From NCBI GenBank assembly GCA_002633005.1, contig NMRA01000036.1, positions 788,440 to 852,439 on the forward strand: DNA of 64,000 nucleotides. Direction: 5' to 3'. The notes under the pieces were generated by a model. That model was not told where the DNA came from. It searched no databases and saw nothing but the letters and a program-made list of their open reading frames with translations. Source of the stretch: Phoronis australis (taxonomy: Eukaryota > Animalia > Phoronida). This document shows, piece after piece, positions 26,807-39,889 of this stretch (position 1 is its first letter; each line of letters opens with the position of its first letter). Made by a program: the position numbers and the translations under genes.

Positions 26807-27436
26807 TGCCTCTAGAGACCAATGACCAACCTACTCTCCAGAATTAAAACCTGTCCGCGCATTTTCAATTATTTATGTCACACTGCTGTCACCCGTGTCT
26901 TCTTTCAGTTAGTTGCCTGCCATGGTAAGACATTGTAGTGTTAACGTAGATGTGTATACACCTAGTTTTATCACATGGGATTCACTATGGGAAAACCTAG
27001 AGACTTGACACTGTCTAATATTTATTGCTGTCAAAATACAATCCTAGGGGTAGTAGTGGGTTACTTAACACCCTTGCTATCTTATCCATCTTGGTCTTCA
27101 TTTGTGTTTTACCCACCACTGTGAAAGATCATATATAGAGCACCTGCAAATTTATGAGATGCGAGCAATAAAATGCACGCAGCCCACGCACACACAGTGA
27201 GGGTTTAGCCAGGCCAGGTAAAATTTCTCCTCCACATTGCACAATTGAGGTTGGATCATATGTGGCTACTTTAACCAATTGTTCAGTTTGTTATCAATTG
27301 TTTACTGTGTTATGTTTACTCTTAAACCCATAGGTCTGTACTGGACACTTCATATCTCTGTCATACATATCCTCTCTGCCTCGTGCTAATGTCTGTCATA
27401 CATATCCTCTCTGACTCGTGCTAATTTCTGTTGTAG

Positions 27437-27556
<120 letters not shown>

Positions 27557-28340
27557 TAAGTAGTTAACTGGTTGCACTCTCCTATTGTTAGTTGTTGGTG
27601 ACAGGTTTGGTGGCCAATGATGTTATTCGTCAGATATGTGGCCAGTTTAGGTCATTACTTGGTGAAATGAAGTTTCCCCAAGTCGTTTGCTTTGTCATAA
27701 AATTTCTTTGTTTCTTTCTTTGTTCGTACACTACAGGTCGTATTTTGTATCTAATCTGGGTGGAATTTATAGTCAACATTTGCCTGGTGGATGGTTAAGC
27801 TGATTTTTTTGTTGTCATCAAAGACAAGATGGCATTGTGGTGGCTATTTTTCACTATTTTGGTTTGCAGAGTCATAGCTCCACTGTGTCTGGAAGGATTT
27901 TTCACATATTTTTTCTATGGATAGATAATTTCATAGGCTGTCAGAAATGCACCCTTCATCTGATTGGCGTGAAGTTTATGCACATTGTTAATCTAGTCAA
28001 TAGCTCAAGGACTTTTGTTTTGGGGCAAAATTGGATGCAAGATGGAGTTGTGACAGACATTTTTAAATTGTTTTTGCGGAGCTCAAAATCTACGATCCTT
28101 CAACCAAACCTTTTAAAATTTTGTATGTAAATAGACTCTGCTCATGGACTCTCTTCATTCATGATTATCGCTCTTGATTTGTTGTTTTCGTAACGCCCTT
28201 TTAATGGTAGATTATTGTACATTGGTGTAATAGGTGTCTGAGTCGTGGTCGTCCATGGTCTAGGTTTCATTGTCGACCTCGCCTTTTAATTTTTATTTGA
28301 TTTCACCAAGTGTTGCTTCTTAGAGCACTTTCATTTTTTT

Positions 28341-28740
28341 GTTGACTTGTCACATGTCATCAGTTTGTGGTGTTGTCTTGTCATATATTGTTCATTGATT
28401 ATAACCTGCAGTTTGACCCCGCCCTAGTCGAGGAGAGCCTCATGTAACCACATGTCGTCAGTTGGCTTGTCACTTGTCATATGTTTGTTCATTGGTTGAT
28501 AGCCTGCAGTTTGATCCTGTCCCTTGACCATAATAATAATGATAATAAACTTTATTTATAGAGGATAAAATACAATAGATATAAAACATGCTTTAGCCAA
28601 AGGCTATTATCCAGCATGGTCCATGACAAGGAGAGCCACAAAATGTCAGTTGTCTTGTCACTTGTCATATCTTTGTTCATTGGTTTACAGCCTGCAGTTT
28701 GACCCCGCCCCTAGACGAGGAGAGCCACATGTAACAAGAC
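28341..28740 (+). repeat. Three ~100-bp tandem copies of the PP2A intron 6 / exon 7 junction
   Basis: CTTGTCATAT..TTGTTCATTG.TT...CCTGCAGTTTGA.CC recurs near 28377, 28473 and 28661. Confidence 0.8.
28531..28622 (-). mobile_element. 5'-truncated LINE 3' tail (same family as 56740-56923)
   Basis: Reverse complement ...CTTTGGCTAAAGCATGTTTT...CTCTATAAATAAAGTTTATTATCATTATT matches the LINE tail at 56740-56830. Confidence 0.75.
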
Positions 28741-28763
28741 GGACACCAGACTACTTCTTGTAA
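28691..28763 (+). CDS. PPP2CA: PP2A catalytic subunit, exon 7 (terminal)
   Basis: (F)[23 protein letters not shown], the diagnostic PP2A tail; total CDS 945 nt = 314 aa; AATAAA at 29131-29136. Confidence 0.97.
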
Positions 28764-31757
28764 ACACTCAGCTGCTGTAGGTGACAACAATGAATGCTGT
28801 GACTGGGGACAGCCACCCAGGGAAAGACTTTACTTTTTGAGGGTTCGCCTCTTCTTTCTCATCCTTGCAACTTGCATCAGCTGTTGATGGATTAGGCAGA
28901 CGGCAGTTATCTTCATTTGATAACATAATTATATAGCCCAGTAGGTTTGGTGATGCCAACAATCGCCTTGAATGGTCTAATATTTGCAAACTTGTACATT
29001 TAACGTAAGTCTTCTTTATCATTGACTTGAACATCACTATCGTTGTCTCTGTCTAGAATTTTGATTTTAATGACTGTTCAGCTGTATACAAAGTCAATGT
29101 GTTGAGATGTTAATTTGTAGTACTTGAGTGAATAAATTCATTACTATATATCTTAACAAAGTATTGTACTAGCAGGTCACCTGTGCTCTGTACATATACA
29201 ATGTGTGCTCAAAAGCAGTGACAATTTTGTTCATCTGTCTGGTAGGGTCATTTCTTCTTGAGGGAGACTGGGTTAGGTGGATGTTACATACACTGAATTT
29301 GTTAGTAGACAGTGGAAAGTTTTTAGATAGAAACATTATTGTATGTTCTGGACTCTGCTATAAATCTCCCAACTAATGAAACCATCAGCAACGTGCTTAC
29401 GAGCTGAACAAGAAGTGCCGCATCTACATAGACTGAGAAACTGGAACAACACCAACTTGATACATAACGTTAACTGTAAAACAGGATAATCCTTAAAGGG
29501 GAAAGTAACCTTTTTATGCTAACATGTACATATTTTAGCGTTTACTGTTATCTCAAACGTTATTTAATTAGTGATCTTCATTCTAACTGGATTTATCCAT
29601 AAAACTAGGAGTTCCACCATCTCGAAGGCCCGTCGAGACCGTGGTCGCTGTCTAAATGAACAATAGAAATCGACTAGGTGGTTATGGGCGCAATGAGCAC
29701 TAAATCGACACAGAAATGTCAAATTACCGATCAAATTTATGAATTTGGGTGAGAATTGATGTGTTCGTGAACACAAAATCACAGAGACCGTGCGGTGACT
29801 CCGACTCGGTGCATTCGTTCTCAACGGTCGTATACATGCAGACGCACAACTCCCTCAGGATTAAAGTTACATTTTGTCTTCATTTTCCAAGGAATCGTTC
29901 TACGCTATGTACACTTCGCTGACTCGATATTACGGCGATTCGGTGGACGTTAGGACTGGGGGTGCTTACGGAAGTGTTCTATGCCTGGCGGGAGATTGAC
30001 GGAGTGGCAGTGGCCCTGTAACCGTTGACCTCAGACAAGTAGTGAACAAATTTCCACGCCGTTGATGGTGGTTCCACTTCGCATTAAAAGTTCCCCGAGA
30101 ACGAAGATAATGTATTTTGCTTGACGTGTGAAATATTGATAAAACGGCCATTTTTTTGTGAATAAGATTTGAGACATCCTTGATATCTGTTCTCTTAGCG
30201 AGAATGCGCTATTCACGCAACAATTGAAAGTGAAGTAAGCAACCCGTTTAGGTGCTTAAAATCACCAATTTCATATCAAACACATCAAAAAGCCAGTCGA
30301 TCACCCAAACTAGAACACCAGTAAACACTATCTGACAATATGTTAATTAACTGATCTCCAGTTACGAGCACCGATTGCAGGTCGATAGGTCGTGCATATA
30401 ACCGGGACAACCATCCACAGCATTAGTTATCATCCGTTGTTTTAGTCATATACTGCTGCTAGTTTCCCTGTGATTTGTGAAATAATAAAAATTGGGGGGG
30501 GCATTGCATTGTGGTGATTGTGACAAATCCGGCAGTATTTGAACACCCTGACGCTGTGGCACTTTTCACTTTCCCGCGAGACATCGGAGAAGCGTAGATA
30601 TAGTACAAATTTGCACAAGAAACTCGCGTGGCGGTAGACATTACACGCTGGCGCTGGCTACGTTCATATGACACACTCATGTCCTTGGAGCTAAGAAACT
30701 TGCACTTTCTTTTATTTTCTCTTTTTTTTGATATTGAATTCACGGTTGTGATATGAAGTGCTACAAATAGATGTTTCATCCTGCTGACAATGTACAGTAG
30801 ACACTGGTCAAGACAAGCCAGTCAATAGCGATTTTAAGCACTTTCAACGGCCCGCATCTTGGTTCTACACTCACCTCCATTGAGCATACACAAATGACCT
30901 GCTAAGACTGTTCACGATAAGGAGTAGGGCATTATGCCTCTGCAGTAGAAGTGAATTTATAGAACCAGGATGTGGGCCCTTTGCCCGGGCCGTTAACTCC
31001 CCTTTCTATTGTTCGTGGATAGGAAACACATGCCAGTAAAGTAATAATACTAACACCGATAAGTGTATTTCCAAGGTAACTAGGGTCTGTATTTTTAATA
31101 AACGTAACCTCAAAAACGGTCGACTTCCTCTGTAAAGAGGCATGGAACGCGAATCATTAAAGCTCGTCAAAAATCTTTTAAACATTCCCTGACGAAAGTA
31201 CCATCTTGCAACTTCTAGTACAGAATAATTCACTTCCTCCTGTGAGGAGATTTCCAGAACAAATCACAAAATCACGATTTTTGAAATACGCGCGAATGAA
31301 AAACTCTGGTTACCACATAGTTTCTAATCTCCCACCCACTTATGATAAATGCTTAAAGTCGCTTGAGGTCAAAGGTCACGTTTTCCATGTAAGGGAAATA
31401 GGCTGCGTCTATGTCTTGTTATACCAAATGAGACGTGCTTTGCCTTGTGGGAGAAAAATCGAGGAAGTGACAAGCAGTTGACACATCTTTTTTTAAATTT
31501 TAAACTAAAAGCAAATGCTTTGGTATCGATAGAAAATAAAAATCTTTACGAACAAATCCTAAAAATATACTGGAGCAGGTTAAATTCTGTTGCAATGGCA
31601 GAAAACCTCTTTCCATTTTGAAATATTAGTCTGTTTATCGCGTTCCTGGCCTCTTTAAAGGTTCACGTGCAATAGAAACTGTTGATCGGCTGGTGACTTT
31701 CTAAAACCGCTCTGAGGTGGTGGCGTGTTACAATTAACTATTATTAAAATCTCGGAT

Positions 31758-31840
31758 GGCTCCGTTGTGTAGTGATTAAGGTACTGGACTCGAGCTATCT
31801 GTAGTTTCAGAAGTCGTGGGTTCAAATCCTGTCAGAACAT
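31758..31840 (+). mobile_element. tRNA-derived SINE head (degenerate)
   Basis: A-box-like TTGTGTAGTGATTAAG and B box GGTTCAAATCC (31819-31829). Confidence 0.5.
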
Positions 31841-32569
31841 TTATCAAACGGAACGTCAAGACGCATTTCTACGGTTGACCCTTGACGCGGCATTCACTGT
31901 AACACAAAAGTGTTTGACAGTCATTCACGGCTAAAAATTTCAGATTAAAATCATGTTTTACAAACAAATTTTGTTTCACTTCATGCTTAAATCAATGAAG
32001 ACATCTTCCTGATTTTACTCATGACTCATAACGACGTCAATCACACAGCTGTGCAGACTGTGCTTCCCTGCATGTGCATCTAACGATTAACTTTGGGTTT
32101 GTTGTAGTGCTTGTTGACTACTCGTGCCCTCCAATATTGGGCAAAGACCATCAACGTTTGACTGATCAAAAACGGCCAACTGTAAACTAAAATGAAACTA
32201 GAATGAATTGATTTATTAGGAGAAAACTAACAATTAGTAATGTGAGCTCCATTTTGACTACGGTATAATCACAGTAAACAGAAATTAACTTGCCTTATTT
32301 CCCGACAGGAATTTTTATGAAGATCACAAAACAAAATCAAAACATTCGACACTTGCCACTGTGCGAAACAAAATATCTCAAGGCAATGGTCCTACCTAAA
32401 GAGCACCCAACAGAACTTTACGTTTGCAAAAACAGTAATACATATCCACTATGATTTCCGGGACACACACCAGGAATAGGCAAGCAAAAACATCTTGGAA
32501 ATTGAACAGATCTAAGACACCTGAATGTTCAGGACACACGACGATCCAACGAAACTCAATGGCGTATTG

Positions 32570-33209
32570 TTAGTTAGTTATAATACTTCCATCATAATTC
32601 AGTTTCGGACGAGACTCGGGCACAAGCTGTTCGGGAGACTCACTTTTTACAGAGGCCGACTCGAGGCGGCGCCGCTTAGTGTCCTCATGTGTGTTCTCAT
32701 CCTGTTCACTCTTAGCACGAGCCGACACCCACGATGTCAGGTCAGCATAAGCGTTGCCGTTACTTTCGCAGACTACTATGGATGCCATGGAGGCATTCTT
32801 CTCTTGAAGGTCGCTACTAGTGATAGAACCGTCACTTCGTTCCTCCTGGTTACGTAAACTGGGAGAATAAGGCTTAACTTCACGCTTATTGGACAAATGG
32901 AAACTTTGACTTGATGAGTACGAAACATCTGAGTTCGGGTGGCCAGACGACCCAAGCATGTAATAGTGGGTGCTGCCGTTTAATTCGGGTGACCTTTCGA
33001 AAGCTTCCCCTGGCGCGTAGGTATCGTTGCCGTAGTGACTCACATGACTGTGGTTACTATAGGCTATGGGGTGTTCCAAGAAATGATGCGACGGGTAACG
33101 AGGCTCATCGTATGAGGATGAAACGACAGGAGGCACGGCATGGTGATGTGACGGCGGTGTTAGATAGTGTCCCTGAAGTGGATTCAACATGGCAGCATCT
33201 TCTGGAGTT
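32570..33209 (-). CDS. EOMES: Eomes/Tbr1 terminal exon (His/Ser/Pro-rich C-terminus)
   Basis: TTTTAG acceptor in phase 2 joins the previous exon in frame with the 206-aa ORF; contains KRRRLES..VKSE, resembling vertebrate Eomes KRRRLSP..IKCE; minus-strand AATAAA at 32212-32217. Confidence 0.82.
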
Positions 33210-33859
33210 CTAAAACAGGGAAAGAGATGTCAGAAAGGTTTTAATTACACATCATTAGTTGCTTTCAAAATTTGTCAAACAGATCAGCTATTAGTAATCT
33301 AGATGTTATACTGGTACACACGCAGAGGCATTAGTTAACCGCTGAGTTCGGGACATAATTAACTTATTTATTCGAATGACCACGCAGTATTCTACATTTC
33401 TACCAACAAGTTACGCCTCAATGTGATCGTCCCTCGATGTTTGTGGGATAAGACAAGTTGCAGCTTTCCAACCTTAGCAAAAAGTGCGTCAATACCTCCG
33501 TTTTGTTGCAACGCATGATCTATCGTCACAACCGTGGAAAACCAGAGTAACATTCTCCGAACCTTGAAACGTATTCTCACTGTGTAGTATCAGGCTGGCA
33601 TTGTGACGAGAAACAAACCCCCATTATTTTTGATGTCGTAAAAGGTGTATTCAACAGCAATAAAAATCTAAAAGGTTTTTATTAGCCAATCGTTAAGTAA
33701 ATACATTATTATAATTTGGGAAGAAGTTTGAAAAATACTCAATGGGACTAAGTAGTTGAAGCTTGAAGACTTGCTACAGCTAGTGTACAGAAGAAGTTGT
33801 ACACGATAGAGCCATCTCGTGGAAGATTCTTAAGAGGATCTTGGCACGGGCAAGGGTTA

Positions 33860-34090
33860 ACGAACAGTAAGTTCACTAAGATCTTGTCACTTGCATCGTG
33901 GGTAGCAAGATACTGTCTGCAAGTGTTGCGTTACGAGGGACTGTGACCAGAAACAGGAATTGTGCGTAGAAGATAATGTCTGCACGTGCTACGTCACGAT
34001 CGAGGGACTGTGACCAGCAAGAGGAATCGTGGGTAGTACACTGATACTGCCAACAAGTATTGCGTTACGAAGGACTATGACCAACAAGTA
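33860..34090. repeat. ~60-bp degenerate minisatellite
   Basis: Recurring GCAAGTGTTGCGTTACGAGGGACTGTGACCAG..CAGGAATCGTGGGTAG. Confidence 0.6.
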
Positions 34091-34409
34091 CACTGCCAAA
34101 GTGCAGTGTGTGTTAGTTTGAAGTGTCAAGTCCTACAGCTTGGATAGTAGCTGAGAAGACCGTTTGATGAATAGTTGAAGTCACTGATTGATTGAAGTAA
34201 TCCTTACAGAGTGGGATAGCATATATAGTTACTCTTCTTCGTTGTTAGATTACGTAATTAACAACAGGTTTCACTTGTCTTAATTAGTGGTTATCATATC
34301 GTAAATTAATTAGTGGTTTTAATAATTCTCTCCATCCATGCACAATCTCAAAGCATAGCAACTTCTGACAATCGGAATTTGTAAATTGTGGCTGTATCGT
34401 TGATATACG

Positions 34410-35125
34410 TATTACTTGGGTATTTGGGTGCAGAACCAGCGTCGTCACAATCGGGGCAGACCCATAGATGCTCGGCTTTCCATGTCATCAAGTCAGACAA
34501 GGTCCTTTGACTAACCACTCCAACCAACTGCTGATTACACATTCGTCTTGCCCGGCCATGCAACCGACTATCAGCACCACACCCTCTCTCATATCCAAAC
34601 AGCTGCATTCTGTCAATTGCATATCCTTTCTCCCGTAGCTCCACCTCTCTAAGCGCTCCGAGAATCTCACTCTCTCCCAATCTGAGGGCGCCCTGTATCG
34701 GTGCATTTCCCGCTAACTTGTCAGCTTTCTCATTTCCGGCGACCCCGGCATGCGCCCAGGGGAGAATATCCATGTCAGCTTTCTCAGTTCATTGTTTTGT
34801 AAATGCAGCAGCCACTCGGGTTTAAGATATCCCTTTTCGATTTTTCTCAGCATGCTCTGAGAGTCTGTCACGATAACTGCGCAGGTATGAATGCTTTCCT
34901 GTAGCCATGCAAGTGCCTTTTCAGCAGCAACCTCCTCCATCTTCATACCAGATGTCGTGAGCTCATATCTCTCACCATCTTCTGCTATGACTATTTTGCC
35001 ATCCACATTGACTACATCGCCCCATCCAGATCTTTCTCCTCTTTTAACCGATCCATCAGTGTACACCACAGCATCTCCCTCACTATAATTTTCATAGACC
35101 AGCTCAAGAACTTCACTGTTAAGTG
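34410..35125 (-). mobile_element. 3' remnant of an RNase H-bearing non-LTR retrotransposon
   Basis: VYTDGS...E..A...VIVTDSQS...WIFSPG/HAGVAGNEKADKLA RNase H motifs, broken by a 2-nt insertion near 34753; C-terminal WVCPDC. Confidence 0.8.
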
Positions 35126-35127
35126 AT

Positions 35128-35285
35128 ACCTGCGTGCTGGCTACTGACCACCTAGCGGCACACAGGGAACCAGCGAGTGACTCAACCCCGATCTCTCGGT
35201 AGCTGAGGCTCGCTGGTTCCCTGCGTGCCGCTAGGTGGTAGCCAGCTGGTTAGGCACGTAGGGAACCAGTGAGTCGCTGCGGTTG
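35128..35285. repeat. Hairpin-forming dispersed repeat (related copy at 39720-39770)
   Basis: CCACCTAGCGGCACACAGGGAACCAGCGAG / CTCGCTGGTTCCCTGCGTGCCGCTAGGTGG inverted arms. Confidence 0.6.
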
Positions 35286-35479
35286 CGTCACGCATGCGTG
35301 AGAGTTGTTTGCATTGTTTTTTTTTTCTGGTGCGTGTACTTGATATGGAATTTACTGTCATTTTCGCAACTCCGACATTTTTCAACCGAATTGCATAAGA
35401 GCCTTACCATTAGAAAGCCATTTAATTGTCAGTTCTTGATGATTATACCAGAAGCAAAAGATCAATTATTTAATTCGTA

Positions 35480-35870
35480 AGTGATTATCATTTCACAAAG
35501 CTGACTGGTTTAGAAATATTTTTAATTTTAAAAACTAAGCGTGTTACCATAATGCGAAAAATAACAGCGTGTAATAGTAACATAAAAGGAAATGAACCAG
35601 AGAGGTTAAATAAATGACTAGTTTTAACTAAAATCCATCAGGGAAATAATTTCAATGATTCAAAGATTTCTACCGTGTAAAGTCAAAGAGTATGGATCCA
35701 TCACATTTGCTGTGGATAATTTAGTTAGGCATTCATCAAAATTATTCATCTTTATATATTATAATTGGACCGTTGCTGCATTTTTCAGTAAAAATTCAGA
35801 ATGCAGTAACATTTACGAAAAATGCGATAAACTATCCAAGTATCTATCCCGAATTTGCAGATGAAGGTTT
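35480..35870. repeat. Dispersed repeat with copies at ~41780-42170 (inverted) and ~53240-53540
   Basis: Shared GAAATGAACCAG...TTTCAATGATTCAAAG and TATCC(C)GAATTTGCAGAT blocks. Confidence 0.6.
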
Positions 35871-38449
35871 TCTGACAAATAAGAAGTGGCAAACATCTCG
35901 TAACGTTGAAATGTGCTGTGAATAGCTCATCACATTGGTTGCAGTGTAGGACTTTGCGTCGTCTCCATAATAGATACCTATTTGCCACAAATTTCATGCA
36001 AATACGTCAGGGAACTTCGAAGACTGTTATATAGAGACAAATATAAAGACATAGAGATTCAGTAACAGACGCCGGATGAGAATGACGGATTACACGAATC
36101 GATATATTTCGTTGTGAAAAGTTCACACACTTTTGCTTCATTTGGCAATGCAACTAAAACAGGTTACTTTTGTTTTGAAAAATGTCGGCCAAATTGTGTT
36201 CCGAGAAGTTTTTACCTATACCCCCGTGTCTTGAAAATGCTTATTTATAAACATTTTACTTGTCTGGGCGCTGCGTGGCTCAGTTGCATTAATTTTTAAA
36301 AGCTATAATGATTATTTATTTCCGATTTTGTTGATTGGAAATATATCAACGGAATTAACTAAATAATTGAATGTATGTTACTCATCCAATTAGGGCATGA
36401 TGCAAAACAAAAATGAATCATTTTCTGGACTTTACTTTATATAAATGATAATTAAAGTTAGTTCATCTAATGATTTTAACCATTCATATTTTGAGATTTG
36501 TTCTACGAGTACTACAACTATTTTGAGAAATAAGTATTTCACTGTTCCACAGAATTTTGCTCTGGAGACAACATTCTTTATTGAATACTGTGAGTCAACA
36601 ACAAGACAAGTATTCGCTGCAGCTCTTGGCAGCTTGGCACAGTTGTATCACAAAAACTAAACAAACCCTTCCTCTTCTCGTCCATCTCTTAGCATACTCA
36701 AGATCCTGCTCAATTGTAACCGAAAGAATCTCTGTATTTACTTTAGGAACACGCAATGCAAACAAAATCAGGAGAGATGGAGACCTGCACATGGCGCAAA
36801 CTCAGTCTTCTTTATCTGATAAAATGGTCTTGCGTTATCCTACAGACACGGAGACGAGTGTATTTTTACATTCATGCAGATACACTAAGCTTATTTTTTT
36901 CGGTTCCTTCCTTAAAGCGTTCCTACAATGGATTTTCGTAGGTTTTGAGGTTTTAGACCGTGTATAATAAATTTCTAACACGAAATCTAACTAAAGAAAC
37001 ACGTATTTTGGGAAATAATAGATAAATTTGGAATTTAAAAGAAAAAAATGTAAATTTTTTGGATGCCAGCCACGTGATGTCATCAATGGAAGACGTTGAT
37101 CAGATGCCAGCGTAATTGTAATGACAAATGGTATTGATTTTGTAAGTTACGAAGATTTAGAGAGCGAGATTGACAAGTATGAAGGCAGCCGAATGGATGA
37201 CACTCAGGCCATAGAGGAAATAGATAACGAGTTACATCTCGCCATATAGGCAGAATTTGCGTCTTTAAAGCCGCACGAACTCGACCCTTCCGTACCAGAG
37301 TCGTAGGCTATTGCAGCCGAGTGGGAGCCTGCTCAGTCGGACAATACTGATTTCAGAAGTGACATTTCTGAGTGGTAATTATAGGCTTTTATTGAACCAC
37401 TATTTAATTTTCTAACCACTTTAGTGTCGAGTAATGTGTATGTATCTCGAACTGTAAATCTATAACCGAAGTTTTTACTCCGATTATTTGTAAAAGCCCA
37501 TTCGCGAATAGCTGCCATATTGATTTCATTCCTTCGAATGCCAAATGTGTTTGTCACGAACTATCATGTGTAATTATTGTGATGCTAAGTGGATTTTATT
37601 TCTGATAAATGATACTCGTGTCCGTCTTGCCTGTTCTAATGTTACTGTACAGTGCTGACGGGCGGACTGAAAGTAGATCACTAAATATGTGCCTGACAAA
37701 TACTTCCCAACTACGATACAACACCATACACACTTTTTGTCCATCAAATGCACTTACACGTTGGAAAAACCTTCATCAAATCTCGGTTAGTTTGTGACGG
37801 GTCGAAGCACTGGGGCTGAGGACCGTGTACTGCCGTACGCCCATGTCCGACGCACGATCTGTGCCATTTATGGGCGATCTTAGAGTCTTTTGAAAACATA
37901 AAAACTGAAATATTTTCTGCCCAATCGCTATCACTACATCACTCTCACACGAACCTTTTCATAATACTCGTCTCGGGCAATATTCAACTCTTTTCAAGAG
38001 CCCTCCGGCCCATGGCAGGTGTAGAACAACACAATGGCGAAGACCGGACTTCAACTGTTGGTGTTGCACAAAATTTTTAATTGTTGCGTTTATTTTTTGA
38101 TTACAAATACACAAGATGAAGAAATACTTAAAATATACCATAATTGTTGATAACCGAATTCAAGCATTTATGACCATGCTGTGGGGTTTATAATGCTGCG
38201 TGTTAGATATGACTTAAGAAAAAGCAACGAAAAACGTTTTTGAGCGATTCACTTCATATAAAAACATTTTTTGATTTTCCTAAAAGTTAGTTGAATCTAA
38301 CGCCTAACAGGCGCAAAGTGATATATATTTAAAAAACGTGGATATCCCACGGGCACCCTGGTTCGCGATGAAAATTTTGCGATTCTCCAGTGCGAGGGGT
38401 TTTTGTCAGTGACAGGGAGGCAGGATATTTCGTTAAAAAATTACAGCAC

Positions 38450-39889
38450 GTGATGCCTGTTCACGTTTGAAATCCGGAACTCGTAGTCATGCAGCACTTT
38501 TGAATGATTCTGAGGATATCTGACGGAGGGAGCCCTGATGATACCACAAATTGCTAGCTTTTTACTGTTGTTGAAATGGTACATCCCGTCACATTAAGAG
38601 ACCACTACTTGGAGAGGTCCCACAATGACATCAGTTGACACTCTTTTCCTGTTTTGAAATATAATTATGTCTTTACATAACACCGAGCCTTCCTTTCCGA
38701 AGGAGAGGGACCCCTTAATTGTAACCGGGGAACTAATGCCAGAGCTCTCGACTAGATGGGGACGCAATACAGCAACAAAATACGCGAGTGAAAACAATTT
38801 TCACTTTCCGTGAAATACAGACAGGAGAGCATAGCCGTGCGTTGTCATTTTAAACATGCAATTGTTTAGTTCTAAACACAAAAAACCCTAGATACAACCC
38901 TGTGGCTCGATCGGAACCCGATCAGGCCCGTCGCGGCCGGTCGACTAGAGACTCACGAACATAAATCAGTAGGTTAGTTGCTAAAGTTGAAAACTAAACT
39001 TTCAGTCACGAAGATACTAGACTAGTGAACGAAAGAAATAACGTGCACATGAGCCTTTTGGTGAATTGGCCACGAACTTGCAAATCTACTTACTCGTCGG
39101 GAGCCGGGAAGCCAAGTTCCCCTTCCACAGAACCATACAGGCAAAAGTTGTACAATAATAATGATTCGAATGATGTATATACATCTCAATAAAGATTCTC
39201 CTAACTTCTGATCATAGCATATAAAATCGAGTTATTGTTTCTCCACTGCTTTATGTCAGCAAACACTGAATTAGCAGGCGCTGACACGGCCTCTGGTGCT
39301 CGGTCAATTAGTTTTATTGCATCTGAAGCCGGTAACGCGGTATGGTTTGTTCATGGCTGGTTTTTCAAAACGTTTGCACTCACGAACACGCCAAAGGCAT
39401 TACAAATTGTATTTTCTGAGACAGGTCTTGACTCTTCGTTTCAATTTTATATAAACATTAGTCAGGTTAAGAATTCATTTTGAAAGAGAACAATGCCGAT
39501 CACATACACGTTCGCGAATATATTTCACGGCCTCATACTTGGAATTAACGGCGTACTTTTCATTCTTTACTGCCGCGGGCCACTTCCGAAGCATTTCGTG
39601 TTCTCGAGGAAATAGAAAAAACGATATACCCGTTTTGCTCGCAGCTGGTTCGCACAAGCGGGAACGATACACCACACCATAGCGGCACTGACGTCGCTGC
39701 GCCGTGCACTCACCCTCCTCACCTCGCTGGTTCTCTGCGTGCCACTAGGCACGTAGGGGACCAGCGAGCTTCCTCACATGTTAACGCGACACCTCTCGGC
39801 GAGGTGAGATTGACCGTATACGAGGTGATGTAGATATAGAACTATTAAGACGGTAAAAACGAATTCAATCGGGTGGCATTCTCCTTTAA
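38450..39889 (-). mobile_element. Kolobok-like DNA transposon remnant with frameshifted THAP domain (~39490-39680)
   Basis: MVWCIVPACAN.../ISFFLFPREHEMLRKW.AAVK...RVCDRH = THAP C2CH signature; terminus TTAA|AGGAGAATGCCACC; left boundary approximate. Confidence 0.65.

Noticed and set aside
36380-36960. Possible decayed LINE C-terminus on the minus strand
   Set aside because: Motifs too degraded to support a call without a profile search
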